From: Flavobacteriales bacterium
GTDB lineage: Bacteria; Bacteroidota; Bacteroidia; CAIKAF01
Assembly: GCA_025055635.1 (NCBI GenBank)
Contig: JANWWQ010000001.1
Span: 61,768-125,767, forward strand
Direction: 5' to 3'
Length of the DNA stretch: 64,000 nucleotides
The notes under the pieces: generated by a model
Databases searched by the model: none
Told to the model about the DNA's origin: nothing
Seen by the model: the letters and a program-made list of their open reading frames with translations, nothing else
Position numbers and translations under genes: made by a program
Part shown: one piece after another, positions 50,368 to 60,853 of the stretch
Layout of the letters: every line of letters starts with the position of its first letter
Numbering within the stretch: the first letter of the stretch is position 1

Positions 50368-50817
50368 TTAATTCCTTTGTTCCACGCGCAGGTGTCTGCC
50401 TCCCCCTTCTTCCTGAGAAATCAAAATATGTAAGTGAGGTATATCCAGAAAGAGACCAGGAGCATGGGAAGGCCATTCCACCAGAATGGCCCGATGCGGT
50501 TCGGCGATAACTTCAGATAGCCCAGCTTCCTGGGCTTCTGCTTCTGAATGAATCCTGTATAAATCTAAGTGGGCAAAAGATTGTCCCAGGTCGTTATGAT
50601 AAGTATGGACCAGGGTGAATGTGGGGCTGGTGACAGGTTCGGAAACGCCCCAATGCTTTAGAAAGGCCTGAACCAGAGTAGTTTTTCCGGCTCCGGGGCC
50701 ACCTTCCAACAACACCAAACGGCTCTGAGGAAAATGATTAAGGATGCAGCGTGCCACCTCCACACAGTGTTCCGGAGAAGGGCATTGAAGCTCCAGGGGC
50801 TCGGGTTTAAGAGTCAT
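50368..50817 (-). CDS. tsaE: tRNA threonylcarbamoyladenosine biosynthesis protein TsaE (YjeE)
   Basis: ...LVLLEGGPGAGKTTLVQAFLKHWGV...SPTFTLVHTY... is the P-loop ATPase of the YjeE family. Confidence 0.85.
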   Translation of the reverse strand: MTLKPEPLELQCPSPEHCVEVARCILNHFPQSRLVLLEGGPGAGKTTLVQAFLKHWGVSEPVTSPTFTLVHTYHNDLGQSFAHLDLYRIHSEAEAQEAGLSEVIAEPHRAILVEWPSHAPGLFLDIPHLHILISQEEGGGRHLRVEQRN

Positions 50818-52205
50818 TGTCCGGGATGGGCCAGATGGGGGCGTAGTTTCAGGCGGTTCAATGGTATTTCATATTTCCAGAGCACACGACCTTGTCGGTC
50901 CAGGTGTTCCATCCGGAGTAGGCGTGAATCCTTTGGGCCCAGGACGGTGAGTCGTGAAAAATTATTCTCTTGTACAAGTGAACCGGACACCCGCAGAGGG
51001 TTGTTTTTCTCCCTTTCACTGCGAATGTCATGAGGCGTGGAAAGTACGGCGCTACAAGTGAGTTCGTACAGAGGATAACCCAATAAGGTGGAATCGCAAA
51101 GCAATTCGGCGTAGTGCCTGTCGCCGCTCAGAATCACCAAACCTTCTATGCGTAGAGCCCGCAGATTTTGAAAAAATTTATGAAACTCACCGCTGTAGCT
51201 GCGATAGCATTCTTTGCTGCCCGTGGGATTAAGCACCTGATTGCCACAAACCAGGAATTTCCAAGGTTTATCACAGCTTACAAGGCTTTCCAAGAGCCAT
51301 TTGAGCTGGGGTTCGCCTAGGAAAGGTTTGGAGGTGTCCGGAAGTCGATTAGGGGCACGCCACCAGCGGTCATCCAGCATAAAGAAAGCGCAATCGCCGT
51401 ATTCAAATGAAAAACAGATGCCCTCCGTCAGGGCTGAGGGCGGGTTACTCCAATAATCACGAAATAATTGAAGGGCTTCATGGCGGAGAGCGAAGGTGCG
51501 ATCGCCGTCATTGGGGCCGTAATCATGGTCGTCCCAGATGGCGTAGTTGCCCCGTGCTGCCAGAAGCCGCCGCATCAGGGGCTGCCGGAAGGCGTGTTCG
51601 TAGCGATAGACCATGCCACTGCGCGAATCCCAATCAGGCTCCCGCAAATAAATATTATCACCAGCCCAGATCATGAAATCGGCTGACAAAGAGGCCATCG
51701 TAGACAGTATGGAAGAGTCCTTGCCGTAGGGTGGGCCAGGCCGGTCATAGGGTTTATCGTTCAGGTAAAAGCAGGAGCCAATAAGGAAAGTAAAATCCGG
51801 GGGTGGCCCGGGGGACCAATTACCATAGACAGGCCTCGTACGGAAAGTGGCCTCATCTCCTACAGGTTGGCCTTGGAATTTGGCCCTAAGCCTGTAGGCT
51901 CTTCCTGGTTCCAGAAGGCCGACGCGAAGCTTCAGAATGTGAGGTAGGGAAGTGGGTACTCTCTCCACGCGCAGCTGCCGGATGGAGGGTTCACATTGAA
52001 TTTCTAAGAAGCGCCAGAGGGAATCCGTGAAAGGACCACTCCAGCCCCAAGAAACTGTGACTTCTCGGTGGGCTACATGACCCACAACCGGCCCCCACAT
52101 CACGTGCACAGGGGATGCCTCCATTCCCAACAAAACATGCGTCCCCCGCACCCATTGAAAAATAAGAAAAATAAACAGCCTATTCATCCGTGTTCGCTGG
52201 GTCAA
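50814..52205 (-). CDS. Alkaline phosphatase D-like (PhoD family metallophosphatase), secreted
   Basis: ...DFMIWAGDNIYL..., ...IWDDHDYGPNDGD..., ...LSGDRHYAEL... are metallophosphoesterase/PhoD motifs. A signal peptide is present (start possibly at the MNRLFIF Met at 52187). Confidence 0.85.
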   Translation of the reverse strand: MTQRTRMNRLFIFLIFQWVRGTHVLLGMEASPVHVMWGPVVGHVAHREVTVSWGWSGPFTDSLWRFLEIQCEPSIRQLRVERVPTSLPHILKLRVGLLEPGRAYRLRAKFQGQPVGDEATFRTRPVYGNWSPGPPPDFTFLIGSCFYLNDKPYDRPGPPYGKDSSILSTMASLSADFMIWAGDNIYLREPDWDSRSGMVYRYEHAFRQPLMRRLLAARGNYAIWDDHDYGPNDGDRTFALRHEALQLFRDYWSNPPSALTEGICFSFEYGDCAFFMLDDRWWRAPNRLPDTSKPFLGEPQLKWLLESLVSCDKPWKFLVCGNQVLNPTGSKECYRSYSGEFHKFFQNLRALRIEGLVILSGDRHYAELLCDSTLLGYPLYELTCSAVLSTPHDIRSEREKNNPLRVSGSLVQENNFSRLTVLGPKDSRLLRMEHLDRQGRVLWKYEIPLNRLKLRPHLAHPGQ

Positions 52206-52238
52206 TTTTAAACGAAGAGCAGGAATTTAACGTTAAAT

Positions 52239-53591
52239 TTGTTCCATATCATGATTAAGAACTTAAGATTTTTACCCACTTTAGTACTTCTCGTTATATT
52301 AGAAAATGTTTCTTCTACAGCCCAAGGCCAAAAAGACGCTTTAGATGCAGTGTTGGTGACAGCCTCTGGCGACACGGTGAAGGCACAGGTGAAACCCGAC
52401 AGGGCTGAGCGCCTGAGCAGCTACATCCAGGTTTTAGATCCGGCTACGGGGACCTTCAAACGCAAGACCCCCAGAGACATCAAATATTTTCGTCTGGGGC
52501 AGGATGAATATTTTGCCAAAAAAGATAAAGAAGGTAATTCAGTATTTATGATGGCGGTGGTGCGGGGGGAGGTATCCCTTTTCCGCCACACTTATCGCCG
52601 GAAAAAAGCAGGAGGCTATGAAACCGAAGAGCAGGACTACTTTGAGAAAAAAAATCAGAACCTGATTCCTGTACCATCGGGCCGAAAATTCCGGGAAACT
52701 ATGTCCGAATATTTTTCAGATTATCCGGACTTAGTTCAAAAAATTCATTCCAAGGAATATACAGAGGCCAACACTGAGGACATAGCCTTGGACTATAACG
52801 AGTGGGTGAAGGCGGGACGCCCCCGCAAAGGTCCCCAACTTAGCCAAGGACCCATGCTGGTTCAGAATATCTATGAGCCCAACGCGCCTGATTTAGCGGT
52901 GGAGTTTCCTCTATATGGGGTTTACAATTTTGTGAATTATCCTAACCTGCTTAAAAGCGTGTATCGTAGTGATAACGGGGGAGTCGGCTTTGATGTGGGG
53001 GTTGGTTTGAAAATTCGGCTTAAGAGGGGCTTTGTGATGCGCACCGGATTTAACTTCCGGGACAAGGGATACAAAGCCACAGGTGAAAAAACGCCCGTCC
53101 AGGTGGCCGGTGATTCTACGAATTTCTACTATTTATCTTTTCAGGAAAAGGCCACTTTGTTTTACCCCGGAGTTTATCTAAATTTTGGGCATGAATGGAA
53201 GTATTTTTTCCTGAGTGGGGGGCTGAACCTATCTCCTTTCAGCTTTTTTAGAGGTTCCTACAGTTATGAGCTAACCAATTTTCAGGGGCTTATAATGGCA
53301 AAAGAGACAGTAAACGCTGCCCGGCATTCCTTCCTGGTGCACGATTTGATATCCACTTCGGCAGAACCCCGCAATTTCAATATGCAGGCTGATGTCCAAT
53401 TTATGTTTGGAGGCAATTTCAGGATAGGCGACCGGATAGCCCTAAAACCCTGTATGCAATACACCGTTCCCTTAGTGCCCTTATATTTTTCCAGCCAATA
53501 TGTGCAATACGGAGAGGGCCAGAAATCCATGCTCAACGTGAGCGGTTACCAGCTTAAGGTGGGTTTGATCGTGGAGCTAGGAATTCACTAA
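52239..53591 (+). CDS. Hypothetical secreted protein with C-terminal outer-membrane beta-barrel-like domain
   Basis: A signal peptide (LRFLPTLVLLVILENVSSTAQG). The C-terminal ~200 aa has alternating-hydrophobic strand patterns ending ...GYQLKVGLIVELGIH. No enzymatic motifs are present. Confidence 0.45.
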   Translation: MFHIMIKNLRFLPTLVLLVILENVSSTAQGQKDALDAVLVTASGDTVKAQVKPDRAERLSSYIQVLDPATGTFKRKTPRDIKYFRLGQDEYFAKKDKEGNSVFMMAVVRGEVSLFRHTYRRKKAGGYETEEQDYFEKKNQNLIPVPSGRKFRETMSEYFSDYPDLVQKIHSKEYTEANTEDIALDYNEWVKAGRPRKGPQLSQGPMLVQNIYEPNAPDLAVEFPLYGVYNFVNYPNLLKSVYRSDNGGVGFDVGVGLKIRLKRGFVMRTGFNFRDKGYKATGEKTPVQVAGDSTNFYYLSFQEKATLFYPGVYLNFGHEWKYFFLSGGLNLSPFSFFRGSYSYELTNFQGLIMAKETVNAARHSFLVHDLISTSAEPRNFNMQADVQFMFGGNFRIGDRIALKPCMQYTVPLVPLYFSSQYVQYGEGQKSMLNVSGYQLKVGLIVELGIH

Positions 53592-53723
53592 ATGATCGGG
53601 ACAAGAAGGGGCTTAAAGAACCTTATTTGTAAAATTACGCTAAAGAATTTTGATTTTAGTTACGTATAATTAAATTTTAAAATTATTTATCCTTCCCTAG
53701 CCTTCCCTGTCTCTTAATGAGGT

Positions 53724-54803
53724 TCAAAGGGTGGCATTTTGCTTCATCAATCCTCGGCCGGCGCTGCGGGCAATGGCTTCAACCTGGAACACATAGGTGC
53801 GTTTTTGAAAATTGGGCGCATACACATAAGCAAAAATTGTGACGAGCTTTTTGCGCATTGTATGAAAAAATCGTAGACCCACGAAGGGCCCCCCCTTGAA
53901 TTCTCCATGCAGGCGCCACAAGCCGCGTATTTTCATGGCGTAATGACCTGCCAGGGAGATGGCTGTGCTGTCGCAAGGCACGCGGGGCTCCACTTCCATC
54001 CAGGTGTTATCCTTAAAACCTTGAATAGTGGTGCGAAGTAAGGGACCGATATCGTCCAAAAATGACCGCACAGAAAATTGTTTTTGTTTTTGATAGGGAG
54101 CCGTAATCACCACGAGTCCCCGCTCAATGGTGCCCTTATGGCCGCCGGGAAGGCTCCGTTCGGCCACATGCCTCACGTAGGCCCAGCCTTGGCCCGTATC
54201 GGCACAAAAGAATCCACTAGGCAGGGATAACGTAATACCAGTGGCTTGCTTTACCCATTGACGGGTTTCAGAAGCCGGACTACGATCAAAGTCCTCAGCC
54301 AATCTTTCCATGTCTTTCTGGTAAAATAACTCTTCTATTTCGGCTCTTTTTTGTGGAAAAATTTCAAAAAAAGCATTCTCATTTTGTACATTCAATTGCA
54401 GCACGCGTTGACGCTTGGCCCATTTATCGTCCTGCATACTCAGCGTGGGTGCATCGGGTGGGGCGCCTATATTCAACAAAAGCACGTTACGGTGGTATTT
54501 GAATATGCTTCCAAAATGGGCATCGTCAATCTTGAAAATTTTAAAGAAGGATTCCGGCTGAGGCAGGATACGCATGGGCCTTTCAAACCATGCTTTAAGA
54601 GTGTCCATGACAGGGTGAGCCTCTCTGACATAGCGTGGATCAGCAACAACAACAATCTCGCCTGGTTGTCCGGTGGCGTCTTTGATGAATAGACTGCCAT
54701 CAGACTGGCAACCGGAACCAGTCATAAGTATGGCTCCGATAAAAAAAATATTCACGTTAAAAATCGGAGAGAAGGCTTTAAGATAAAATTCTTTAATTTT
54801 CAT
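53724..54803 (-). CDS. Hypothetical lipoprotein (Bacteroidetes-restricted family, unknown function)
   Basis: A signal/lipobox (ILMTGSGCQSD). The 359 aa carry no recognisable catalytic motif. Confidence 0.5.
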   Translation of the reverse strand: MKIKEFYLKAFSPIFNVNIFFIGAILMTGSGCQSDGSLFIKDATGQPGEIVVVADPRYVREAHPVMDTLKAWFERPMRILPQPESFFKIFKIDDAHFGSIFKYHRNVLLLNIGAPPDAPTLSMQDDKWAKRQRVLQLNVQNENAFFEIFPQKRAEIEELFYQKDMERLAEDFDRSPASETRQWVKQATGITLSLPSGFFCADTGQGWAYVRHVAERSLPGGHKGTIERGLVVITAPYQKQKQFSVRSFLDDIGPLLRTTIQGFKDNTWMEVEPRVPCDSTAISLAGHYAMKIRGLWRLHGEFKGGPFVGLRFFHTMRKKLVTIFAYVYAPNFQKRTYVFQVEAIARSAGRGLMKQNATL

Positions 54804-55106
54804 TTTTACAGATTAATCATCAAATTAAAGATGGTTCTTTAAAACATTGCATAAATTATTCTTGTTAGAATTCATAGAAAAATAAATTTTTGCATAGAAC
54901 AAATTTTGCAAGTCCGCTATTGTAATAAGGATAACTGTAAGAGTAGAATTTTTCCACATATGAAATAATTTTAATATTAATATTCATTTAATTCTTTCCC
55001 GCAACATCGGAAGTTTTATTATCACTAAAATGCCTACTTTTTGGTTCCTAATTTCTAGTGTTTTTTGTGGAGGGAATATTCTAGGTCAGTTCTGGCATAG
55101 TTTAAA

Positions 55107-55991
55107 TCACGATTTCCTTTCCAGCCATGTATTGAGCACTACCGCCAACAGCACGAGCGCGGAGCCGGCATAAAACTTGACCGACAGCGTTTCGTGTTCA
55201 TGGAAAATAATGGCTGCCAGAATCATACCATACACCGGTTCCAGGTTCACAGCCAGGTTTGAGGCAAAAGCCGACACATGCCGTAAGGCTAACAATGAAA
55301 GAATGAAAGGCAGGGCGGTGCATCCGGCCGAAAGCAAAAGGAGCCAAAGCCAATCTGAAGGGACCGGCGTCCAGGTCCTAGGAGGAGAAAGGAGAACGAG
55401 AGGCGTAAGGCACACAAAACCACTGAACAGTTCTACGAAGGTAACGGCTGAGGCAGCATGGTCGGAGAGGTATTTTTTATTAAGTGAAGAGAACAGCGCG
55501 GCCAGCGCGGCTGCGGCCACTCCTAATACAAATCCTTTGCCCAGCCCCGAGGTCTCAAGGAAGATGACTATTAGACCGGCTAATCCCACAAACCCTGTGA
55601 CCAACCGCTGCCAGCGTACCCTGGTTTGGGTGAGGAAGGGTTCCATTATCGCAGCAAACAGGGGCCCCGTGGCCAACGCAACAAGCGCTACAGAAATGTT
55701 GGCTACCTTGATGGCCTCGTAAAAACACAACCAATGTGTAGCCACTATAAGCCCTATGAATCCGAAACGCAGGTAGTCGGGCCTTTTCAGGCTTTTCAGC
55801 CCCCGGCGACAACCACTAAAAAAAATTAATACCGTACAAGTGAGCCATAACCTGTGCCACACTAGCGGCAGTGCCTTCAGTGTAATGAGCCGGCCCAGAA
55901 TGGCTGTAAATCCCCACAGAAACACAGCCGTGTGAAGAAGAACCAGCGCGCCCTTCGGTGTGGCACCTAGTCGTCGTATGTATTTTCCCAT
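55107..55991 (-). CDS. EamA/DMT superfamily transporter (10-TM permease)
   Basis: 294 aa forming two 5-TM EamA-like halves. It is the last gene of the long minus-strand operon and overlaps the upstream gene by 25 nt. Confidence 0.75.
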   Translation of the reverse strand: MGKYIRRLGATPKGALVLLHTAVFLWGFTAILGRLITLKALPLVWHRLWLTCTVLIFFSGCRRGLKSLKRPDYLRFGFIGLIVATHWLCFYEAIKVANISVALVALATGPLFAAIMEPFLTQTRVRWQRLVTGFVGLAGLIVIFLETSGLGKGFVLGVAAAALAALFSSLNKKYLSDHAASAVTFVELFSGFVCLTPLVLLSPPRTWTPVPSDWLWLLLLSAGCTALPFILSLLALRHVSAFASNLAVNLEPVYGMILAAIIFHEHETLSVKFYAGSALVLLAVVLNTWLERKS

Positions 55992-58393
55992 TCGGGTCCC
56001 CTCAGTTCCTTATCATCTTGTCCTTTCTGGTGGAGTTTCAGGAGAATGTTTAGCATGAGAATTTGGGTTTCGTTTTTGCGCATGTTGTATTGGGTAAAAC
56101 CGGCGTTGCGGGTAGTGGAATAATTATAAAAAGAGTTCAGCACATCGGTGAGGGTGAGGGTACAAGAAATTCTTTTTTTCCACAGGTCGGCACGCAGCGA
56201 GGCATCGGCAAAGTACCGACTCCGGTACGTGGTCTGCACAGTGGCCTGAGGAAGTTGGTACTGGGCAGCCACGAAAAAAGTCCAAAATTTCCAGCGGACT
56301 TCGGGGATCACTTTAATAAGACCTCCGATGGCGCTATTATTCAGGTCGCTCTGGAGATTTTGACCACTTACGTGAAAGTAAAACAAATTCACATTGGCCA
56401 GAAGGTGGAACCAGGGAGCCGGCTCCAATTGAGCCGCCCACTCTACGCCCGCTGACCAGGCCGTTTGCAGGTTGCGGTAGGTTTGTAGGGCGGTGCCGTC
56501 CGAAGCAGCCGTCACAAAGCGACCCATCACACTGCGGATATGACGGCCGTAGAGGGTACTAGCCATGGAAAAATTTTTAATTTTTATTTCATGAGACAAT
56601 TCTGCAGTTTCGCTGATTTCAGGATTTAGGTAGGGATTGCCATAGCGCACCGTGAGAGGGTCTGACACGTCAGGAAAGGGGTTCAACCAGCTGGGGGAGG
56701 GGCGGTTGATGCGCCTTGCGTAGCCCAGCCGCACGTTGCTATGAGGACCAGTATTTAATACAAAAGATAAAGAGGGAAACCAGCGCAAATAGCTGTTTCT
56801 AAAATCCTGGTTCTGGGTGACCTGGCGCACCCAGATTTGGGTCCACTCGGTGCGCAGGCCGGCCTTAAATGTCCAGCGTTGCAGACGATAGCGGAGCGAA
56901 ACATAAGCTGCGGGCACCCATTCGTGATAAATGAACCTGTTGGTAAGAGCGGGATTCACAATCCACCGGCTACTGTCGTAGTTCAGATCTTCCACTCGGA
57001 AATCGCTGTCCAGACGGCGCAGGGTATTTTTCACCCCGGATTCCATAAGGAGGTTTTTGTGGGCTTTCCACTCATAATCCACACGGCCCTGTATAATTTG
57101 CCAGATTTCGCTCAGATATTGGAGGCGCCACTCGGGTCGTGGGTCCACTACCACAAATTTTTCATTTAAGGTCTGCGTGAGAAAGCGGTCAAATTCCCTA
57201 CCTCTTCTTTCTGAGAAACTCACTTCGCCCTTGAGAAGGTGTTTATCGCCGGCAGGCTTTAATTGAAAGCCAGCGGCCGTTTCGGCGTTTCGGTCATTCT
57301 GGGCTTCGCTATTCAGGCGGTCGCTGTAGCTTGATTGTCCCTGACTATTCCGATCTGTATTAAGAAAGTAGCGGCTCTCCACCTTATGGCCTTCGCGGAA
57401 GGTGCCTTCTACGAAGAAATGGAGTGTTTTCATCGGTTGATATCGTAGACGGAGGCGGGCGTTGTGCTGGGCACCATTTTCTAACCAGTGGCGCTTCTGG
57501 TGCCTTTCGCTAGAGTCACCATGCAGGTATCGGTCCAGTGTACCGCGAGCCCATAAGGCCGTGTAACGAAAATTGTAGTTGGTAGACAAGTTAAGGCGAG
57601 GACCAGTGTAGAACAGAAAAGCCCCGGCATTGTACTTGTTGTGGGTGCCGGTCATAAGTTGACCCCCGTACGTGAGGCCCCTTCGTGCCGACTCTTTCAT
57701 CACGATATTTATTATGCCACTCACGCCTTCAGCGTCGTAGGCGGCACCGGGTTGGGTGATCACCTCTATCCGTTCAATCTGGTCGGCTGGTAAGGCCTGC
57801 AACAAGGCACGTCGGCCGCTCCCTGTCAGAGCCGATTGGCGCCCATCAATGTAAAGCAGGACGCCCCGTGAACCTCTAAGAGCGATGCGGCCGCTAGGCT
57901 CTACTTGAATACCCGGTATGTTGCGCAGCACGTCCAACACCGAGCCCCCAGCAGCATTAGGAAATGCCTCCGTCCTGTACACTTTTCTGTCGGCTTCCAG
58001 AAGCACCGTTGCGGATTGATCTTCTATGATGACGGGTTTCAATTGCGAGGAATCTGGCTCCAGGTAAAAAGTGGCTAATGAAATGTGATGGTTCACGTTA
58101 AGGGAATCCTTTTTAAGAGTTTTATATCCCACATGGGAGATTTTAAGTTTATACCAGCCTATGGGCACAGCTTTCAAAGTGAATTCGCCCTTCTCATCAC
58201 TGACGGTAGAGTAGCTTATGCTGCTTTTTTCGTAGGTTACTAGCTCAACGTGAGCTCCTGGGAGATTGGCCCCGGAATTTTTGTCAGCCACTCGTCCGCG
58301 TAACGTTTGTTGGGCATTTAGGACGCTTACAATCAGTCCTGTGTTTAAAATGGCTACCAGATTACTCCGCACTGCGCGTAGGGTCCTCTTCAT
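55967..58393 (-). CDS. Outer-membrane beta-barrel receptor, TonB-dependent-receptor-like (N-terminal CarboxypepD_reg domain + plug-like region + large barrel; OMP_b-brl_3-type)
   Basis: A signal peptide, then ...LRGRVADKNSGANLPGAHVELV...GEFTLKAVPIGWYKLKISHVGY (CarboxypepD_reg), ...DVLRNIPGIQVEPSGRIALRGSRGVLLYIDG (plug-like), then ~550 aa of beta-strand repeats. Confidence 0.7.
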   Translation of the reverse strand: MKRTLRAVRSNLVAILNTGLIVSVLNAQQTLRGRVADKNSGANLPGAHVELVTYEKSSISYSTVSDEKGEFTLKAVPIGWYKLKISHVGYKTLKKDSLNVNHHISLATFYLEPDSSQLKPVIIEDQSATVLLEADRKVYRTEAFPNAAGGSVLDVLRNIPGIQVEPSGRIALRGSRGVLLYIDGRQSALTGSGRRALLQALPADQIERIEVITQPGAAYDAEGVSGIINIVMKESARRGLTYGGQLMTGTHNKYNAGAFLFYTGPRLNLSTNYNFRYTALWARGTLDRYLHGDSSERHQKRHWLENGAQHNARLRLRYQPMKTLHFFVEGTFREGHKVESRYFLNTDRNSQGQSSYSDRLNSEAQNDRNAETAAGFQLKPAGDKHLLKGEVSFSERRGREFDRFLTQTLNEKFVVVDPRPEWRLQYLSEIWQIIQGRVDYEWKAHKNLLMESGVKNTLRRLDSDFRVEDLNYDSSRWIVNPALTNRFIYHEWVPAAYVSLRYRLQRWTFKAGLRTEWTQIWVRQVTQNQDFRNSYLRWFPSLSFVLNTGPHSNVRLGYARRINRPSPSWLNPFPDVSDPLTVRYGNPYLNPEISETAELSHEIKIKNFSMASTLYGRHIRSVMGRFVTAASDGTALQTYRNLQTAWSAGVEWAAQLEPAPWFHLLANVNLFYFHVSGQNLQSDLNNSAIGGLIKVIPEVRWKFWTFFVAAQYQLPQATVQTTYRSRYFADASLRADLWKKRISCTLTLTDVLNSFYNYSTTRNAGFTQYNMRKNETQILMLNILLKLHQKGQDDKELRGPEWENTYDD

Positions 58394-58396
58394 CCC

Positions 58397-59668
58397 TCAT
58401 AGGGCAGATTTAAGAAGGGCCTGCCCGATGGAACATTCCATACATCCCTTCCTGCCACACAGGGTGCTATTCAGTTCTAGGATACCCTGGGATTCAAAAG
58501 CATTGGATGGAGCATAACCTAACTGGTGCCATTGTTTTACATAGCGGTTGTGTTCTGGAGGGAGTCGTTCTAACCAATGGACGGCTTTGTCAAAAAAACT
58601 TGGCTGCTGGTATTTTTCACCCAAATAAGCCAGGAAGGGGGCTACGGAATTAATCACGAGAAGGTGAAGCGATTCTGTACTTAAGCGGTGGCCTGGCAAA
58701 TGGCTTTCCAGCGGTTCTGGAAGCGGGGTGGGCATGAAAAATTTTTTGAGTTCCTCAAGGCTTTGAGCCTTTATTAAATAATCTCCCACGCTGTCAATAT
58801 TGCGGTGTATCCACCGAAGAAAAAGATGGATACGATGGGTAGGAAAGTTGCCTGGTCGGGTGCCTCCAAACCGCCACACCACGGGCTCCAAGGGAGGCGA
58901 AGAGATATCATTCCGGTAAAAGGAGAATTCGTTTTTAAGGGATTCAGCCAGAGAGGTGTTTTTAAGAAAATCTAAAAGACCGGCCATGCCATAGATGAGG
59001 GCAGCGAGGGTGAACGGTTTATCCCTATGCCGGGCCAGGAGGGACCATGGCATTCGGGCAGCTAACATTTGAAAGGGTTCAGAGTTCACGCCAAAGCCCA
59101 GGGCTCGGAGCAGAGCTGCCCAGGCCACTTCATTATCGGTAAGTCCGGTATGGCGTGCCAGTTCGGCCAGGCGTTGAGCCCTGGCCTGCAGACGGGCTGC
59201 GGCGCTACTATGCCATTGGATAACGATGCGATCAGGAGGCCATTTTCTTTCCGAGAGCAACCCACCACAAGGAAGCAAACCATCCCGTTGTATTAGAAGT
59301 CCATAGCTGGTCACCACCGCCGGCGAAATCAAAGGACCTATAACTGCGCAGGGAATCATTCGCCCCTGGCACTCCGTATCAACAGGTTGGCTTTCCACCA
59401 CGTGCAGAATAACGCTCCCATAAGCAGGGTCAGTGTGATGCCCATGATCATACCACTCCTTTCCATTTACATGGATTTCCACGTTTCCGGCCAGTGTGAG
59501 ACCACCTATTGATAGACGGGCATGGAGAAAATCAGGTCCGGGCGCTGTATTGGGCCGCCCCCGATCCAACACTACTACCGGTTCTCCTTCCAAAGTGACG
59601 AGCTGTGAGCTATCAAACCAACCGTTTTGCCAGACCAGGTGAATGAACTTCTCTGTGGTTTTCATCAC
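58397..59668 (-). CDS. DUF2851-like protein of unknown function
   Basis: The N-terminal ...EKFIHLVWQNGWF... resembles the conserved DUF2851 start (E.F.H..WQ..F). It is translationally coupled on both sides, with an ATGA overlap to the upstream gene and 3 nt to the downstream gene. Confidence 0.45.
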   Translation of the reverse strand: MMKTTEKFIHLVWQNGWFDSSQLVTLEGEPVVVLDRGRPNTAPGPDFLHARLSIGGLTLAGNVEIHVNGKEWYDHGHHTDPAYGSVILHVVESQPVDTECQGRMIPCAVIGPLISPAVVTSYGLLIQRDGLLPCGGLLSERKWPPDRIVIQWHSSAAARLQARAQRLAELARHTGLTDNEVAWAALLRALGFGVNSEPFQMLAARMPWSLLARHRDKPFTLAALIYGMAGLLDFLKNTSLAESLKNEFSFYRNDISSPPLEPVVWRFGGTRPGNFPTHRIHLFLRWIHRNIDSVGDYLIKAQSLEELKKFFMPTPLPEPLESHLPGHRLSTESLHLLVINSVAPFLAYLGEKYQQPSFFDKAVHWLERLPPEHNRYVKQWHQLGYAPSNAFESQGILELNSTLCGRKGCMECSIGQALLKSAL

Positions 59669-60852
59669 CTTACAAAATCGGCTGTCAACAGGGCTCCGGT
59701 TGACGGATCGTAGGTGACCCTTATCTTGCGCAGGTCTTTTACATATAACTTTCCAATTTCTCCTTGCTGGGGAATTACAACATCTGCTTCCAAAAAGACC
59801 GTTTCATCCTGCACAAGGCGTATATGGGCGTGTAAAGGAACTCGGTAAGGGATATAAGCACGTCTTTTTTTACTATTACTTTTTAATAAAGCCATGGATG
59901 CTGTAAAAGGCTGTAGCTGGCCTTTGGAAGGAGTAAATTTCATCACCACTGTTTCAATGCCCCGCACGGATTTCGTATTGAATTGGATCCCCTTGTCTCG
60001 CGTGAAGTTAAACAAAGGTTGCTCTAGTTCAGCAGAGGGCTCATATTCAAAGACCAGAGTTTTATCTGAATAAGTTACATAGCCGAAGAAGAGCTCCAGG
60101 ATTCTTTTTTCCATTTTATCCAGTTCATTCAGTAAGAGCGTTAATCCGGCCCCATCCAGGTTGAGTTCTGAGGGATCGGAGAGAAAATCATATCTGCGTT
60201 TGCGGATGTCTTGAAGCTTATCAAAGGCCTCCCTCGCATAGTCCTCAAGGCTTCTTTCCACAAGTTTTTTAGTTACGTAACGGCGTTCTATAATGGTGCT
60301 GTCCCGAGTGAATTCGCGATTAATCACGGTATCGGCCTTGAAGCCAAAGCGGGGCTGAATGTTTTGGGAGAGGGCAGGAGTTTCAATGGGCAGGCGTACT
60401 TCAGAAGGCACAAAAGCTTTGGCTTTCACATCGTAATTAGTATTGGCATTTAAATTTCGGATAATTCCCTTTTCGTCCACCTGTATGGAAATTCCTTTTA
60501 GGTCTTTTGCTGAAAGAAAATATAATTGTTCTTCATCGGCTATGCTTACGGTATTCAAACGAATCTGTTTTATATAATATTCTCTAGAATCTGATTTTAT
60601 ATAATCTGTTACATCAAAATATTTACTTGTAAAAGGAGAATAAACACCCCTGCGCTTTTCCACAATACGTATATCCACCTCAAACCGAAAACGAACTTTT
60701 GGAAGGGCAAAAAGGATTCCACCCTTTTCAAGAGCCCGGGCTGGGAAAGGGGCTTTATAAACGGGACCTTTCTGGGCATTTAAGAAAGGTAGCTGAATAA
60801 AAAAAATTATTAAATTGAGAATAAAATTAAGAATAAAAATAAAAACGCGCAT
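59665..60852 (-). CDS. Hypothetical secreted protein (~395 aa), unknown function
   Basis: A signal peptide (MRVFIFILNFILNLIIFFIQLPFLNAQ). The mature start Met at 60852 lies 1 nt after the SSS-transporter stop, and the stop overlaps the DUF2851 start. The protein is charged and Lys/Glu-rich, with no recognisable motif. Confidence 0.5.
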   Translation of the reverse strand: MRVFIFILNFILNLIIFFIQLPFLNAQKGPVYKAPFPARALEKGGILFALPKVRFRFEVDIRIVEKRRGVYSPFTSKYFDVTDYIKSDSREYYIKQIRLNTVSIADEEQLYFLSAKDLKGISIQVDEKGIIRNLNANTNYDVKAKAFVPSEVRLPIETPALSQNIQPRFGFKADTVINREFTRDSTIIERRYVTKKLVERSLEDYAREAFDKLQDIRKRRYDFLSDPSELNLDGAGLTLLLNELDKMEKRILELFFGYVTYSDKTLVFEYEPSAELEQPLFNFTRDKGIQFNTKSVRGIETVVMKFTPSKGQLQPFTASMALLKSNSKKRRAYIPYRVPLHAHIRLVQDETVFLEADVVIPQQGEIGKLYVKDLRKIRVTYDPSTGALLTADFVR

Positions 60853-60853
60853 T

